A DNA stretch of 64,000 nt from Antedon mediterranea (lineage: Eukaryota; Animalia; Echinodermata): NCBI RefSeq assembly GCF_964355755.1, contig NC_092670.1, positions 20,756,795 through 20,820,794 of the forward strand, in the 5' to 3' direction. The first letter of the stretch is position 1. The number at the start of each line of letters is the position of its first letter. The position numbers and the translations under genes were made by a program. The notes beneath the pieces are model-generated. The model worked only from the letters and a program-made list of their open reading frames with translations, did not search any database and was not told where the DNA came from. Below, piece by piece: positions 30,401 through 41,630 of this stretch.

Positions 30401-33400
30401 TTTTTGGCTATAACTCTTGAAATCTATGGAGTATTTTCTAAAAAATGCTTGTGCATTTGCAGAAACGTATTTAGAATTTTTTTAGATAAAATTATTACCG
30501 TATAAACGATTATTCATCGAGTAAATGACGATTTAAAATCTTAAAATCAACGTTTTTTTTCTGGCAATACCGAAGTTGGCCTGGCAACGTTGTCCGGGAT
30601 ACAGCTCCGTGCGCAATGATGCGTATCCATATTTTCCGTTCGTGTATTTTGTATATCGTTCGTAATTTATACTGCTAAAATGTGTTAGTTTCTTTAGTTT
30701 TTAGTTTAGCAGAATTAAATTAGTAATATGAGATGATAATTTATTTGTCACGAATCAGGCAGTTCGAAAACGAATTTTATTCATATTTTACTTTGGCTTG
30801 ACAATGAGCGAAGCAAGTTGTTGATATCGCTTTGGTCCTTGGATGCACATGAAACGGAGCCTCGCGCTGGATTGGGGGCCTAGGCCTAGTAAAGGTTTGG
30901 GAGGTAGGCCTTCTAAATTCGGGTTTTAGAACAAACGAAGTACATTTTAGTGACCTATATTTCAACAACATTATATATTGAATAAATTAGTATCAACGCT
31001 TCGTGTATCTTTCTAGGCCGTCGATCATTCACTGACTATCGGGCGGCATACACGCTCTCGATATCATCGTGTGTATATGTGACGTCGTGAATATAGAGGC
31101 TTCCGACGGCCGTTAAAATAGAATATTGCAATGGCGTGATTAATTTTCGCTAATTTACCATGGTATCTTAAAATTTCGTTTTTACTCAAAATACTATACA
31201 TTTTGTTTTTATTTGTATGGGTTTGTGTTAATTTGATACATTTAAATAACATGTGTGAATTTCTTGAAAATCGAAATTCCATTTCAGGTCCATTTTAAGG
31301 AATTACTTTGTTGGGTGCCACAGTTGTCTCTTCCTCAAATAGATTTATGTATATATTCAATTTTTAAGAAGAATCATACTCATACACTAGAGACAGAAAT
31401 ATTAAACCTCTTTTCAAATAAAATTTGTGAAAATGTTATTGATAGTAAATTGCTTTTCATCATAACATAATCTATTTTTCATCAATTTCTTTAACTCCTT
31501 ACTGTAGAGTATACCATGCTAGTTCTACTCAACCTCTTGAATAAGTAATAGGTTAAACTAATATTATTATTTATTCATATAAAAAACCTATTGTGTTTAA
31601 TAAATGCTTTGTATCATAATGACAGGTTTTTTCATATGGTTACAGGTAGAGTGTTATTGTTATCACTATGATAAAGAGTACAGTAAATTTAACCTGTAAA
31701 AACACTGGTATTAAGGATTGGATTTGTAAACACTTCAATTATATAATATTAATATTATAATCCTATTCTGACATTTCATAACAATTCTATCTGTTTAACA
31801 TAATTGTAATCATTTTGGACAAGGTTTGTTGAGGGTAATCAACTGATCTGGTTTATTGTGGCACTTGATTTTTATCTATAGATATTTTGTAATATGTGAC
31901 TCAAATAAATGAAATCTACTGCACAAATAATAATTGTCTCTTCCAACCCAGCTACATGCAAATTGTAAACTCTAACAACACCATGTATAAAATGCTTTTT
32001 TACCAAAACAGATTAGGCATACAAGAATACAGTATATGGGAAACCAAACAAATTAGGCTAGCTCAAGTGTGTACTGGAAGGGAGTTGATGGGCTGTATGT
32101 CTTTTTCAGCTTTCCTTTTTCATTATTTATCGCTTTTTAAACTTCTGTTTTTTATCGTATTAATATTCGAAATATTTAATAAGAAGAACTTTTATTGTTA
32201 TTTTATTACTGATAATGGACAAATAAAGCTTTTCAGTATAGCATTAGCATAGTACAAAAAAAAATGTTTTGAGCTGAGATGAAAAGTGGATTCTGGTCTG
32301 GTGACCTAAGCTTTTCATGGATGTACTGTGCTAGTCAAAAGGTGGGCCCACATTTAAGTAATAAACCCTACAGTACCCTATAAGGCTTATTTACAGTCTT
32401 CCCACCCAGCATACCTAATTTCAATAGAACAAATCCAAGAAATCTTGATATACAGTATCTCAAAGAACTGTTTTTATCTTATCTACCCACTAACTTTTTG
32501 ACACCCACCAAAACAATGTACGTATTATATAATCCTACATTACACTAAATTTACATAAAGACATTATACTGTACATACCTTTCTATCTGTGATACACTCA
32601 ATCTCCACAAAGCCTTTCTCCAGCCCTCTTACCCAGTAGCCGGGAAGGGGGTAATCAACACCCCCATCAAACCAAACAGGCGTGCCCTAAAACACAACAA
32701 ATAATGAATAAACTACTTACATTTTGATTTTATATTCAACTGTCTATAACAAAAACCATGGCTCAGTTTTTTTTCATTAACAAGTTTGTTCCTAATTATT
32801 CCTTTACTAAAACTTTACTTGTGTTACACTAAAACTCTGTGTACAAAAATAATGTGATGTGCCCATTTATGGATATTACTACCATATTTGAGCTTATCAC
32901 CACCACTTATCATGCACATCACACTTTTGTGTAACTTATAGCGTAGACAGACCTTTTTATTTATAGTGATGTAAAGTTTGAAACATATACTGTATTGCTC
33001 AAGAATAAAAAAAATACCAAACAGCAGACATATTACACTAGATTACCAGGGTTATCGCCTCAACGTTGCTTACCATCAAAGGCTATTAAATCTGTCGGTG
33101 CTACTGTGTAGTATGATAATAATGTTAACATTACTGTATGTATGTTTAAATCTACAGGCTACTGTAGGCTAAATCTTTTTGAATAAAGTTACCATAATAC
33201 TGCAGTTTACAGTAAATGTACATACTGTAGGCTTACAATTAAATGGGATGGGATGTACAGTATTATAGAAATAATGTACCTGTACACTAAATACTGATTT
33301 TAGATACTGTAATATAGTGTGTTAACTGTGTAACATATATATTGCATTTATAAGGTCGTTTGTTCTGCATAATCTAACTGCAAATCTAAGACTTTTTACT

Positions 33401-36180
33401 TGCACTGATGAAGGGCTAGTGTTGCCCGTAAGCTCTGCTAACTTTTCTGGCTGTTTTACTTCTCGTTTTGATTTAGCTTTTCGCTTTTATTTGTATCTCC
33501 ATTGAGATCCAGCCACTGATACCCACAGCATTGTCATTTTTTGCCTTTGGAAACACCACTGGCATATTACTATAGAACAAAACCACCTGATGATAATGAT
33601 ATACTGAAATTTAATTAATTAATTTGAAACGATAAGATGAGGAAATCTGTGAGAATGAGAAAAAGTTGTGTATTGTCTGTATATGTACAGTACAGCCCAA
33701 GCAAAGACTAAAACAATTCCCAGTTTCGTGTTGTAAACACATATATTTGATTGCACTTTATACGACAGTAAACTTTGTAAGGGGGATTGGTAGTTTATGG
33801 ATATTAAAAAGCAAAATCAATATACATTGCAACTTCATATGCTTATGATCTATAGAAATCAATACCAATTGTTATGGGGCTTTTCAAAATGTGTGACAGT
33901 GACAGTAAATAATAATTTTCTCTATTATTGTTGTTGTATCTTATTTCATTGTTCACACAGAGCGAAAGTCCTTTTTGATCTAAGATTTTGCGGTAAATCA
34001 TGTAATAAAGTATAATAATAATAATAAGTATAAGAACTAAGGAGGACCAAGAGTTTGGGCTTGTTCAGGCTTTTATAAATTACAGTACTTTTATTTAAAT
34101 TGAATTACTGTAAAATACAGTATATTTATTGAGATATCGAATCGAAACCAGAGGAAAATGTTTTCACAGTACATTTTAAATCATGAATAAATTATTGAAA
34201 ATATTTCACCTACATAATATGGGGTTGACATTCCCTGCCCTTAACCAACATATAGTATACAATTAGTAGAACTTAAGAACGCCTTAAAAATGTCAACGTT
34301 CCCTTGGTAAACATTGCCACAACGGTGACAAAATCTATGGACAACACAAGGGCAGTACAGGTGACAAAACGTTGATGACTTAACGGTCTCTAGTGGCAAA
34401 ACGAAAACAGCCCTAAGTAGGTGTAACTATAGAGTATGGACAAGCGCCAAGTGTTTAAATAAGTCAACTAAAATAACACTGTTTACACACAGAGTCTTTT
34501 TTAAAACTCAAAAGCAATTCCCACGTTTTATTAAAATATGGATGGTTAAAGTAGGACGGTTCTTCCAAAATTATATTTAACACGTTCACTGCCACGGCGT
34601 ATTTATACGTCAAAAATTGCGTGTCGCTACTTGCCAAGACGTAATACTACGTCAAAATCGTAGCACTTTTGTATTGTATGTAGAATCGCTGGCAGTGGTG
34701 ATTGGAACAGGAATTATCGCATGGCAGTTTATGAATGATGTACGTAAACGATAATCTAAAAATAAATGTCATATGTTTGTTTGTGTTTATTCCCTCATGC
34801 ATTGAATATGGTTGATACGATGGCGCCCTCACACTCATTATAATCATCTCAAACATGTCATAAATTGCGCTAATAGTAAATAAAAATAATAAAGGATGAA
34901 ATGATTCAGTGTGGTTTACTGTTTTTATCTCTCGATGATAGGTTTGACCGATTTTAGCGCGGAAAATCCCCGACGTATATTTACGTTCCTGGCAAAGTCA
35001 ATAAAATTGTTGGACCATTGCCAGTGACGTATTTATACGTCTCAACGGTTTTTCCCGCCATCGTATTTTGAATGACATCATGATAGTCTGTGACCAGATG
35101 TTACACTTTCAAACTGTAATTTAATATGTAAACGGGACTTGGCACTGGGACAGAAATTACGGAAAATGCCTTGGCAGTCAATGTGTTAAACCTGGTGTTT
35201 TAAACTCTGTCAACACTATCAAACTAGTTTGACAAAAAAAGTGTGATGTGCCCAACTATGGTAGTGATATGCCCAAACATGGTAGTGATATGACATCATC
35301 ATGTCCATATATGGGCACATCACATAAAGTTTGATTTGTAGACAAGGCTTAAACCCCCAAATGTGTACTGTTTGTGTCAAATATATTATAATTTATAAAT
35401 GGAAATAACTGCATACGGTACAAATCAATTTCTTAATATCTAAACCAACCATACAAACATACATATTTTATGATTCATTGTAAGACATAAAAGCATCAGT
35501 AATACCGAACGATTCTGTTTACAGACAATGCTGATAACAGAAGCTAATTAGTGTTAATCATTAAAATTGAGATGACACTCTGTATGACAGACATGAATAT
35601 TAATGGTTAGATCATTATAAAATCAAAGGAGGGCCGAGTATGAAACTGATGAATACGAATAATGGCAGGTTTACTAACATAAAGGTCTGTCTATACCAGT
35701 ACTTAAGTTAATATCAAAAAAGTGTAATGTGCAAAAAAATGGTAGTGATATTGCCAAATACAGTATGGTGGTAGTGATATGACATCATCATGTCCATATA
35801 TGAGCACATCACATGTTTTTGTCACATAACGTTTGATAGTGTAGACAGAGTTTTGTTTATCTTTTCTTTGCTATTATATAATCTCAACTCCTCTCCAATT
35901 GTTCTCACATCTGAAATCCTAGAGCACAAATTTCTTTGAATTTTTACCACATTCTCGTTCATCTGTAAGGTGGCGGATACAAGATTTTAAAATAGGGGGA
36001 AGAGAGCCCAGGGGCTAAACATGGTGAAATGACGGGCAGAGCTTAATTTGATGTCCTACCTTTTTTATGACAATTTGCAAAATTTAGGCAGTGGAGCTGG
36101 GCACCCTTGGATCCGCCCCTGACTTACTATTTCCATTATTTTACAAACATTATTATAAAGTTTAAGTTTACCTGTTCCAT
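130..36180 (-). CDS. MYO15: Unconventional myosin XV-like (motor, 3 IQ, MyTH4, Pro/Gln-rich linker, FERM-like, SH3, MyTH4, FERM); 3' end lies outside the window
   Basis: 47 GT-AG coding exons traced with consistent phase: 36172-36180, 32579-32686, 28931-29019, 27568-27631, 24675-24784, 24113-24284, 23697-23800, 23414-23477, 23117-23230, 20020-20181, 19681-19797, 19451-19509, 18839-18962, 18406-18501, 18097-18228, 17689-17892, 17116-17267, 16784-16954, 16552-16672, 15721-15981, 15441-15582, 15213-15346, 14348-14518, 13943-14103, 13509-13757, 12884-13090, 12199-12674, 11567-11701, 11137-11178, 10896-11014, 9713-10669, 8407-8499, 7741-7872, 7519-7654, 7271-7401, 6861-6976, 6303-6396, 5973-6138, 4964-5058, 3419-3460, 2877-2962, 2476-2552, 2071-2202, 1812-1906, 1456-1538, 891-1122, 130-304. 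Two MyTH4 domains, a long Pro-rich linker, SH3 before the second MyTH4 and an RxGKxxWPP motif fit class XV better than class VII. Confidence 0.9.
1586..1747. mobile_element. ~160-bp MITE family A (GCTCTGTCTACACTATCAAACT..AGTTTGATAGTGTAGACAGAGC), representative copy
   Basis: Long TIRs and TA/TTAA-rich flanks. Other copies at about 7941-8086, 19033-19166, 23932-24063, 28133-28291, 32833-32953, 35204-35349, 35682-35851, 36381-36533, 50528-50664 and 57872-57927. Confidence 0.85.
4964..7872 (-). CDS. MYO15: FERM-like lobes and SH3 domain exons
   Basis: [37 protein letters not shown]; SH3 [23 protein letters not shown]...[18 protein letters not shown]. Confidence 0.9.
8407..12674 (-). CDS. MYO15: Low-complexity tail linker exons (Ser-rich, Met/Gln-rich, polyproline)
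   Basis: Exons 12199-12674, 11567-11701 (APGMM repeats), 11137-11178, 10896-11014, 9713-10669 (polyproline, [14 protein letters not shown]) and 8407-8499 are all in phase. Confidence 0.8.
12884..15582 (-). CDS. MYO15: First MyTH4 domain and following ubiquitin-like/FERM-start exons
   Basis: [89 protein letters not shown]. Confidence 0.9.
14751..15065 (-). mobile_element. tRNA-derived SINE with Deu/Nin-like central domain
   Basis: Minus strand: A box TGGCCGAGCGG, B box GGTTCGAGAC, core TAAACCGTAGGTCC..GTGCACTTTAAAGAACC..TTCGAGACGAGTAGGGGGTTACCCCGGTG, (CAAT)n tail. A closely similar copy is at 25294-25613. Confidence 0.8.
15721..15981 (-). CDS. MYO15: Myosin neck exon with three IQ motifs
   Basis: [39 protein letters not shown]. 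Confidence 0.93.
16552..24784 (-). CDS. MYO15: Myosin motor domain exons
   Basis: [14 protein letters not shown]-loop GESGAGKTE (24113-24284), switch [10 protein letters not shown] (23697-23800), ERNYHIFY, switch [10 protein letters not shown] (18839-18962), [48 protein letters not shown]. Confidence 0.97.
17371..17660. mobile_element. Degraded pogo/Tigger-like MITE
   Basis: TACC(A/G)TA-type left end, repeated GGTATAATCCCA subterminal motifs and an inverted GGGTTATACC near the right end. Confidence 0.4.
18541..18817 (-). repeat. Three tandem 93-bp units derived from the SINE tRNA head
   Basis: Units start at 18541, 18634 and 18727 and share ATGGCTAC..ATTACGGTTCCAC, CTCGGCCACTCACTC and AGATGTGTACA with the SINE. 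Confidence 0.85.
20233..23085. repeat. AT-rich 40-bp tandem satellite (TATTCATATTGAATCATCTATATCCATATTCACTTATTAA), interrupted by a LINE fragment
   Basis: Continuous array at about 20233-22172, resuming degenerately at 22616-23085 within myosin intron 20182-23116. Confidence 0.95.
22173..22618 (+). mobile_element. 5'-truncated non-LTR retrotransposon (CR1/L2-group ORF2 C-terminus plus 3' UTR)
   Basis: Frameshifted [22 protein letters not shown] / [28 protein letters not shown], then AATAAA and a (TGAA)n tail. Confidence 0.7.
25294..25613 (-). mobile_element. Second copy of the same tRNA-derived SINE
   Basis: Colinear with 14751-15065 over its whole length. An older, diverged relative follows at about 25700-25925. 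Confidence 0.8.
27568..36180 (-). CDS. MYO15: Myosin XV N-terminal exons ([19 protein letters not shown].../[23 protein letters not shown])
   Basis: ATG at 36180 follows an in-frame upstream stop in exon 36172-36285. Exons 32579-32686, 28931-29019 and 27568-27631 splice in frame into the canonical motor start EDMIxLxDLHE. Confidence 0.8.
28133..28291. mobile_element. MITE family A copy abutting the 605-bp element
   Basis: Full TIRs; the right end runs directly into the TTAA of element 28296-28900. Confidence 0.85.
28296..28900. mobile_element. 605-bp non-autonomous TTAA-target DNA transposon (piggyBac-like), copy 1
   Basis: TTAA|CACATTGACTGCCA...TGGCAGTGAACGTG|TTAA, with internal repeated ACGTATAAATACG-type palindromes. 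Confidence 0.85.
30204..31294. mobile_element. Non-autonomous TIR element with TTAA TSD (Kolobok-like)
   Basis: TTAA|AATGGACCTGAAATGGATTTTCGATTTT ... AAAATCGAAATTCCATTTCAGGTCCATT|TTAA. Purine-purine start plus TTAA TSD fits Kolobok. No transposase ORF. Confidence 0.75.
33400..33440 (+). ncRNA. Degenerate minimal hammerhead ribozyme (Penelope-type)
   Basis: GCA-CTGATGA-A-GGGC-TAGTGTT-GCCC-GTAA-GCTC-TGC: core CUGAUGA, stem II, palindromic AGCT stem III and a 3-bp stem I. GAAA is mutated to GTAA. Confidence 0.5.
34581..35185. mobile_element. 605-bp TTAA-target DNA transposon, copy 2 (inverted relative to copy 1)
   Basis: Reverse complement of 28296-28900 with only a few substitutions seen; TTAA on both sides. 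Confidence 0.85.
35968..36121. mobile_element. Short GTGGCGGAT..ATCCGCCCCTG MITE (hAT-like ends)
   Basis: Inverted ends visible. Related degraded copies near 6575-6705, 29078 and 50982. Confidence 0.45.
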
Positions 36181-38954
36181 TTTGCTCAAACTGCAACTTG
36201 TAAATAATTATCCAATAGTGGGTTTTGACCCAAAACAATTCTCTGACATTGAATCTTGTCCTTTTTAGTGCATTTTACAATCATTCTGAGAAAGTGAATA
36301 AAATAAAACATATTTGTTTTAAACAATTAAAAAATAAATTAGCTTATCATACTGTATTAATAAAGAATAAATAAGACTTAAGCTATGTCTACACTATCAA
36401 ACTTTATGACAAAAAAATGTGATGTGCCCATACATGGACATGATGATGTCATACTGTAGCACTACCATATTTGGGCACATCACATATTTTTTGCTCAAGC
36501 TACAGTAGTTTGATAGATAGTGTAGACAGCGCTTAAAATGGATGAGGTAAAATATTTGAGAAAAAAATGGTGATTTGCAAAATGAGATTGTCGATAGTTA
36601 CTATAGCACGCCTAATAAATTCTAGATGGAAAGGGATTGTAGGTACAGTACTGTAGGTAACAGTTACACAAAAATACTATCATACCGATACCGTATAAAC
36701 TGTTGATGTTTTCTGAAAAAAAAACCCTTTGAAAACAGACATAAGTGACTGTATACAGTAGTTATATTAAATTCTTCACACTTGACATCTCACATGCTAT
36801 GATTCTAGTAGAAGTCTCAAAACTATGGACACATTCATTTCTATTAGAACAGCAGGGAGGTGGGATTATTGTAAAACAATTTTTGAATTTCATACTTCAG
36901 TTAAAATATAAATAGTAATCTCAATTTTGACAATGGAAACTACAGGACTTTATTATTCCAATGAATTGTATTGCCATTGTAAGTAAAATTGTCACCTTTA
37001 TAAAGCATGAATTGTTATGTACCGCACTATTGAAATTTATTGGCCAACCATATGCCAAAATGTATGGCTTTAGTAGTAATACCGTAACCATACAACTATC
37101 GCACTTAGTTAAGAAAATAACAATGTTTGCGTTCCTAAGTGTGTATTTCAAACGGATCCAATTGCTTGGAAATTCACCGAAAAACAAGAGGTTTAAACTA
37201 TTTATATTTTGAACATTATCAGAAAATCATTACCCGACGACGTAAATAAGAGCCATATTGTTCTCAAATGTACAACTGCAATTGTGCCTTCATGCGTATC
37301 GTCTGATTAAGTAAGTAAACACGACAGAATCGTTCGGGCGTAGTCGGTATATTCAATATTGGATTGTGTAATCAATAACAATAACTATACAATTAGCATT
37401 CAATGGGCGCTTCTTCACATAACTGATGAACAAATTTGTTCTTTTAAACAAATTTATTCATAATCCAGCAAATTATTAACAGCTCTTGTAAAGAAAATTA
37501 TTTTAACTTTTTAATCTATATTCAACATCCTGATCTATCATACCATCATTTTTTCAATGAGAGGGATTATTATATAATTTAAAAAAAATTATTTTTTTAT
37601 TATTTTTTAATCAAAAAGATCAAATAAGGCTATTTTTATTATTATAATTTATAGTACAGTAGATAAAACAAGCCTACAGTTTACAGGATTGGTTTAAATA
37701 TTCTGATGAAATAAACGTAATTTAATAAGCATGTATAATAGGCCTACAATTACCACTTTTACTGTACACAGTAAAATGAAATTCTGTTAGCTTACTATCT
37801 AACAGAAAACTACCCTGAAAATGACTCATCTACCTTACAGTAGGAAAGAGAACTTTAGTACTAGCTAGAGCTACAGTATAATATAATATTAAATTAATTT
37901 ATAAACCTACAGTACAACTTACCAATTAGAGACATAAAGTAAAAACAAGTAAGTGCTAAACAGGTTGCTTCCTGTGCTGAGATCTAATTAAATGCAGATA
38001 ATGTAATAAGGTAGAGTCGTGCAGGAGTCTATTTATCAAAGTATTACACATCAATATGATTTGGGCAGAGTAAACATTGTCTGGGTGTGGACTTGACCTT
38101 TAAAACCAATCAAACTTCAGTAAACCGCCGTCCTACTGATTATATAGATGGTGTTATCATCATGTCCACACATAAATGATATAACAACTTGATAACAAGG
38201 TTTATATAGCATCATGAAACAAGACACATTTTGTACATTTCGTGTAATCAAGATGTAAAAACTACCGTACAATATATGACCACAATATTTTAAAATAAAA
38301 AAACAAATCTCTTGTGCAGAATAAACTTGTTTACAATCAGAATAATTTGGAATACCCTGGCTGAGCCGTTTAAGTGAGTTAGGCCCGGTTTCCGCTGCAT
38401 ATCATTATTATGAATGGTATAAATATACTGTATACGGTATATTATTCGATGACCCGTTTCTGCTGAAACTACTTTGTTAGAACCTAAAAAAGTTAGCTTT
38501 TATTACCCAAAATGTGTTTTGTCAGAAGTATGAATTGGGGGAAGGATAGACATTGCTCAATCCACCTAAATCCCACCGAGCAACCCTATCTCTACCCGAC
38601 TAGTCATCATCAATGGCCAAGTTGCGTGCAGTTTTGTTATGCTTACTGTTCCCTTTGTTTGGCGACAACCAAACCTCAAAAACCTCATGTTACCCTGTAT
38701 GTAACCTCTCCTCCCCCTCATTATATATGTGAATAGCAAATTCCGCAATATTTTCGGTCTACCATCACATTTTAGCCATTGCACATATGCACAACAAACC
38801 TAGTGTCATGGGTAAACACCCATATATAATATCCACAAAAGATTGAGAAAAATATACGGTATATATTTTATGAAACACATTTCTTCTGCCACAAAAATAT
38901 TACGCATGAAAAATACCGTATAAATACAATCACCTTCAGTCAATATATTTAAGT

Positions 38955-39275
38955 CAAAAACTGTCTCACAACATCAGAACAAGGAGACACAGCTTAAAAC
39001 TATATCGTCCAAAACTTAGAGGAAATCTTATGTGCAGGGTCAACTTTTTTACCATCAGAGTCATACATGACTGGAATTCTCTGCCTCAATATGTAATACA
39101 AGCCTCTTTAGTGAACATCTTTAAGTCTAGACTTGACAACTATTTTCGGCTAGAAATGAAATCTAATAGGCACTAGCCAAAACTATTTCCATCAAACATT
39201 AAAGTAAAGTATTTAAAACTGACTAAATATGGAGGCTAATTATAGGCAGTGGCACTGGCTTAAAGTTATTCTATC
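38955..39275 (+). mobile_element. CR1-type LINE 3' fragment
   Basis: Translates RTRRHSLKLYRPK..NFFTIRVIHDWNSLPQYVIQASLVNIFKSRLDNYF, the typical CR1 ORF2 C-terminus. Confidence 0.75.
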
Positions 39276-39911
39276 AATCAAATAGTAAGTGTATTTTGTA
39301 AATGCATTGCCACTAGTGTGGGATCATCATTTCCGTTTGTCGTTGATAAAGCTGTGAGCGAGACGATCAGGCTTTTTTGGCCCTCTATAAACCTTAAAAA
39401 ACCCCTATTTCTTTAGTTAGCCTGGTTAGGAGGCAATGATGGGAGTAAAAAAGACGATGATGATGATGATGTGTAAAAAAGACAATAATGGTGAATAAAA
39501 AAGGCTATTCTATTAAGTTGGTATAGCCTAGCTAGAGAGCTACCTACGTATAGCTAGGGCCTAGGCCTAACTAAATAGGCTTAGGCCTCTTTAAAAGTCT
39601 AAGGTATCCTAGGCCTAGCTAGTAGGCTATGAACTAGCCTAGGCCTACTAGACCCTCAGTCTAGCCTAGCTAGGCCTACTACTACTACTACTACTACTAC
39701 TAGGCCTACACTACTAATACTATAGGCTAGGCCTAGCCTAGCTAAAAATAATAGTTTCAAGTGAGTTTTTTAAAAACATTATGATAATTGAACCTACCAT
39801 TTTTTAACATATGATGGGACTATTTAGTTGACAGCAATTGAATTTGTGCACTTCGTTCGAAAAACGTATAGGCTAGTACTAATAGTACTATTCTAGGCGG
39901 CCCAGACCTAC

Positions 39912-39975
39912 CTAACCTCCTCGCCGCCGACGACCAACAAACCAAAACAAACTAACCGCCGCGAAAACAATATTC
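39912..39975 (-). promoter_or_regulatory. Putative non-coding first exon/promoter of the myosin gene
   Basis: Small CpG-rich patch ending in a minus-strand donor AG|GTAGGT (39911), followed downstream by a TAGGCCTA-rich tract like the one in the IAP first intron. An alternative donor lies at 39797. No transcript evidence. Confidence 0.35.
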
Positions 39976-41630
39976 ATTTTGTCAAAGATAGTGTAGTAGG
40001 AAGATGTTACACTTCCTATTCGTTCAATGCAAATAAAAGCGAGACAACATGGAGCTAAATTTAAAGGGCGCCTCGCACGTCGAGTAGGGATACGGAAAGT
40101 TATTGTATAGGAAATAGGCTATTATAACAGTAGAATAATATGATTGTAAAATTAAGATATAATACGAATTAACATATAAAATGTAATGTTATCTTTATAG
40201 AAAGTGCAAATGAATCATATTTATATGTTTTGGAATACAAATTTGTGTTTCAATTACCTGGAATTGTTTAGGTATCTGGAATTTATCTACCCGTATTTGA
40301 TTTCTTTTATTTTAATGTTTTTATTTGCAAATCAATTGAACTTTTTAAAATTATTTACATTTAATTGTTTATCATTGGACATAGATAGAAAATTTAATAC
40401 CTAGCTTTAGAAACACTTCTTCATCAGAGTGAATAAATATATTAGGAGCCTAGTGGTAAATAGGCCTACAATGTGTATGCCTATATAATAATCCATTACG
40501 TATGGTTTATTTCTAAGGGTAATAAAAGAGAATAGGTAGTATGGCATGTAATCAATAATCAATCAATCAATCAATATTTATTATAATCAATAATATTATA
40601 CAAATAGTCGATCTCCATAAACTGAATACGGTACCAGTAGGCTTGAACATTATGGAATTTAGGACTACGAGTATGTTTTTTTACTGAAAAAAAACCAATT
40701 ATTGTTAATTATCTATTAATTTTAATAATTTAATAATACTGTAACTAATTATTATATTATGCTTGTAACACTCCGAACTTTCGTGCATTCATCGTAATTG
40801 TATATGCCCTGATTATGTAACGCCTAACATTATTGATAATATTAATTATAAGCCAATGAGTTCATTATTGGTAAGGTTATATCAAGGAAAAAATATCCGC
40901 GGGGAGGCCTACTTTACCCCCTTTCATTATACTATCCTTACAAAAAATGTTCTATCTATAGAAGTTTTAGAATTCTATGTTAATCTATAGAAACAGATAA
41001 TTTCTATAGAAACTTTATAGAAATTGCAGAAGAATTGCTATAATTTATTCATAAATCATATATTGTTTGTCAACAACAATACTGTATACTGTAAAATTAG
41101 CATTATGACTTCAGACTTTACTGGGGTTTACCAAGATAGGTAAGAGTTTTTATGGGTACGGGTTGGTTTGGGTACGAGATGACCACCATCCATTCATGAA
41201 TGCGTCTACAGGCGCGCGTAAGCCTCCTCCTGATCCTAGCTCAGTGTTTACAGTCATGTCATGACAAAACTCACTCCAAATAAATGTATTAACAATTAAA
41301 AAGATCCAAAAACAGTATGAAAACATTATATTAATTTTTAACTTTGTATAATAAAGACAAAAAAGAAGTTTTTGTTTGTTTTTTGTGGCTTATTTTTACA
41401 ATTTATTGCCGAAAACACCATTTTCATTGGGCTTTGCCATTGCGCTCCTCATGTTTCAGATTCGTCTATCCCTACTCGTCGTGAGAGGCGCCCTATCTCG
41501 AGCGGTTCTCTAATTTTTGAGCGAAGTGTAACATCTTCCTACTACACTATCTTTGATTTTGTTTACCGACCCGCCCTCTATATAAAGCAGAAGTGATTTT
41601 AAATAGAAGTGGCCGGGGTGGTATTTAAAA

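Noticed and set aside
130-36180. Assignment as myosin VII or X
   Set aside because: It has only three IQ motifs, no PH domains and a long Pro-rich linker after the first MyTH4, which fits class XV; a motor-domain phylogeny would be decisive.
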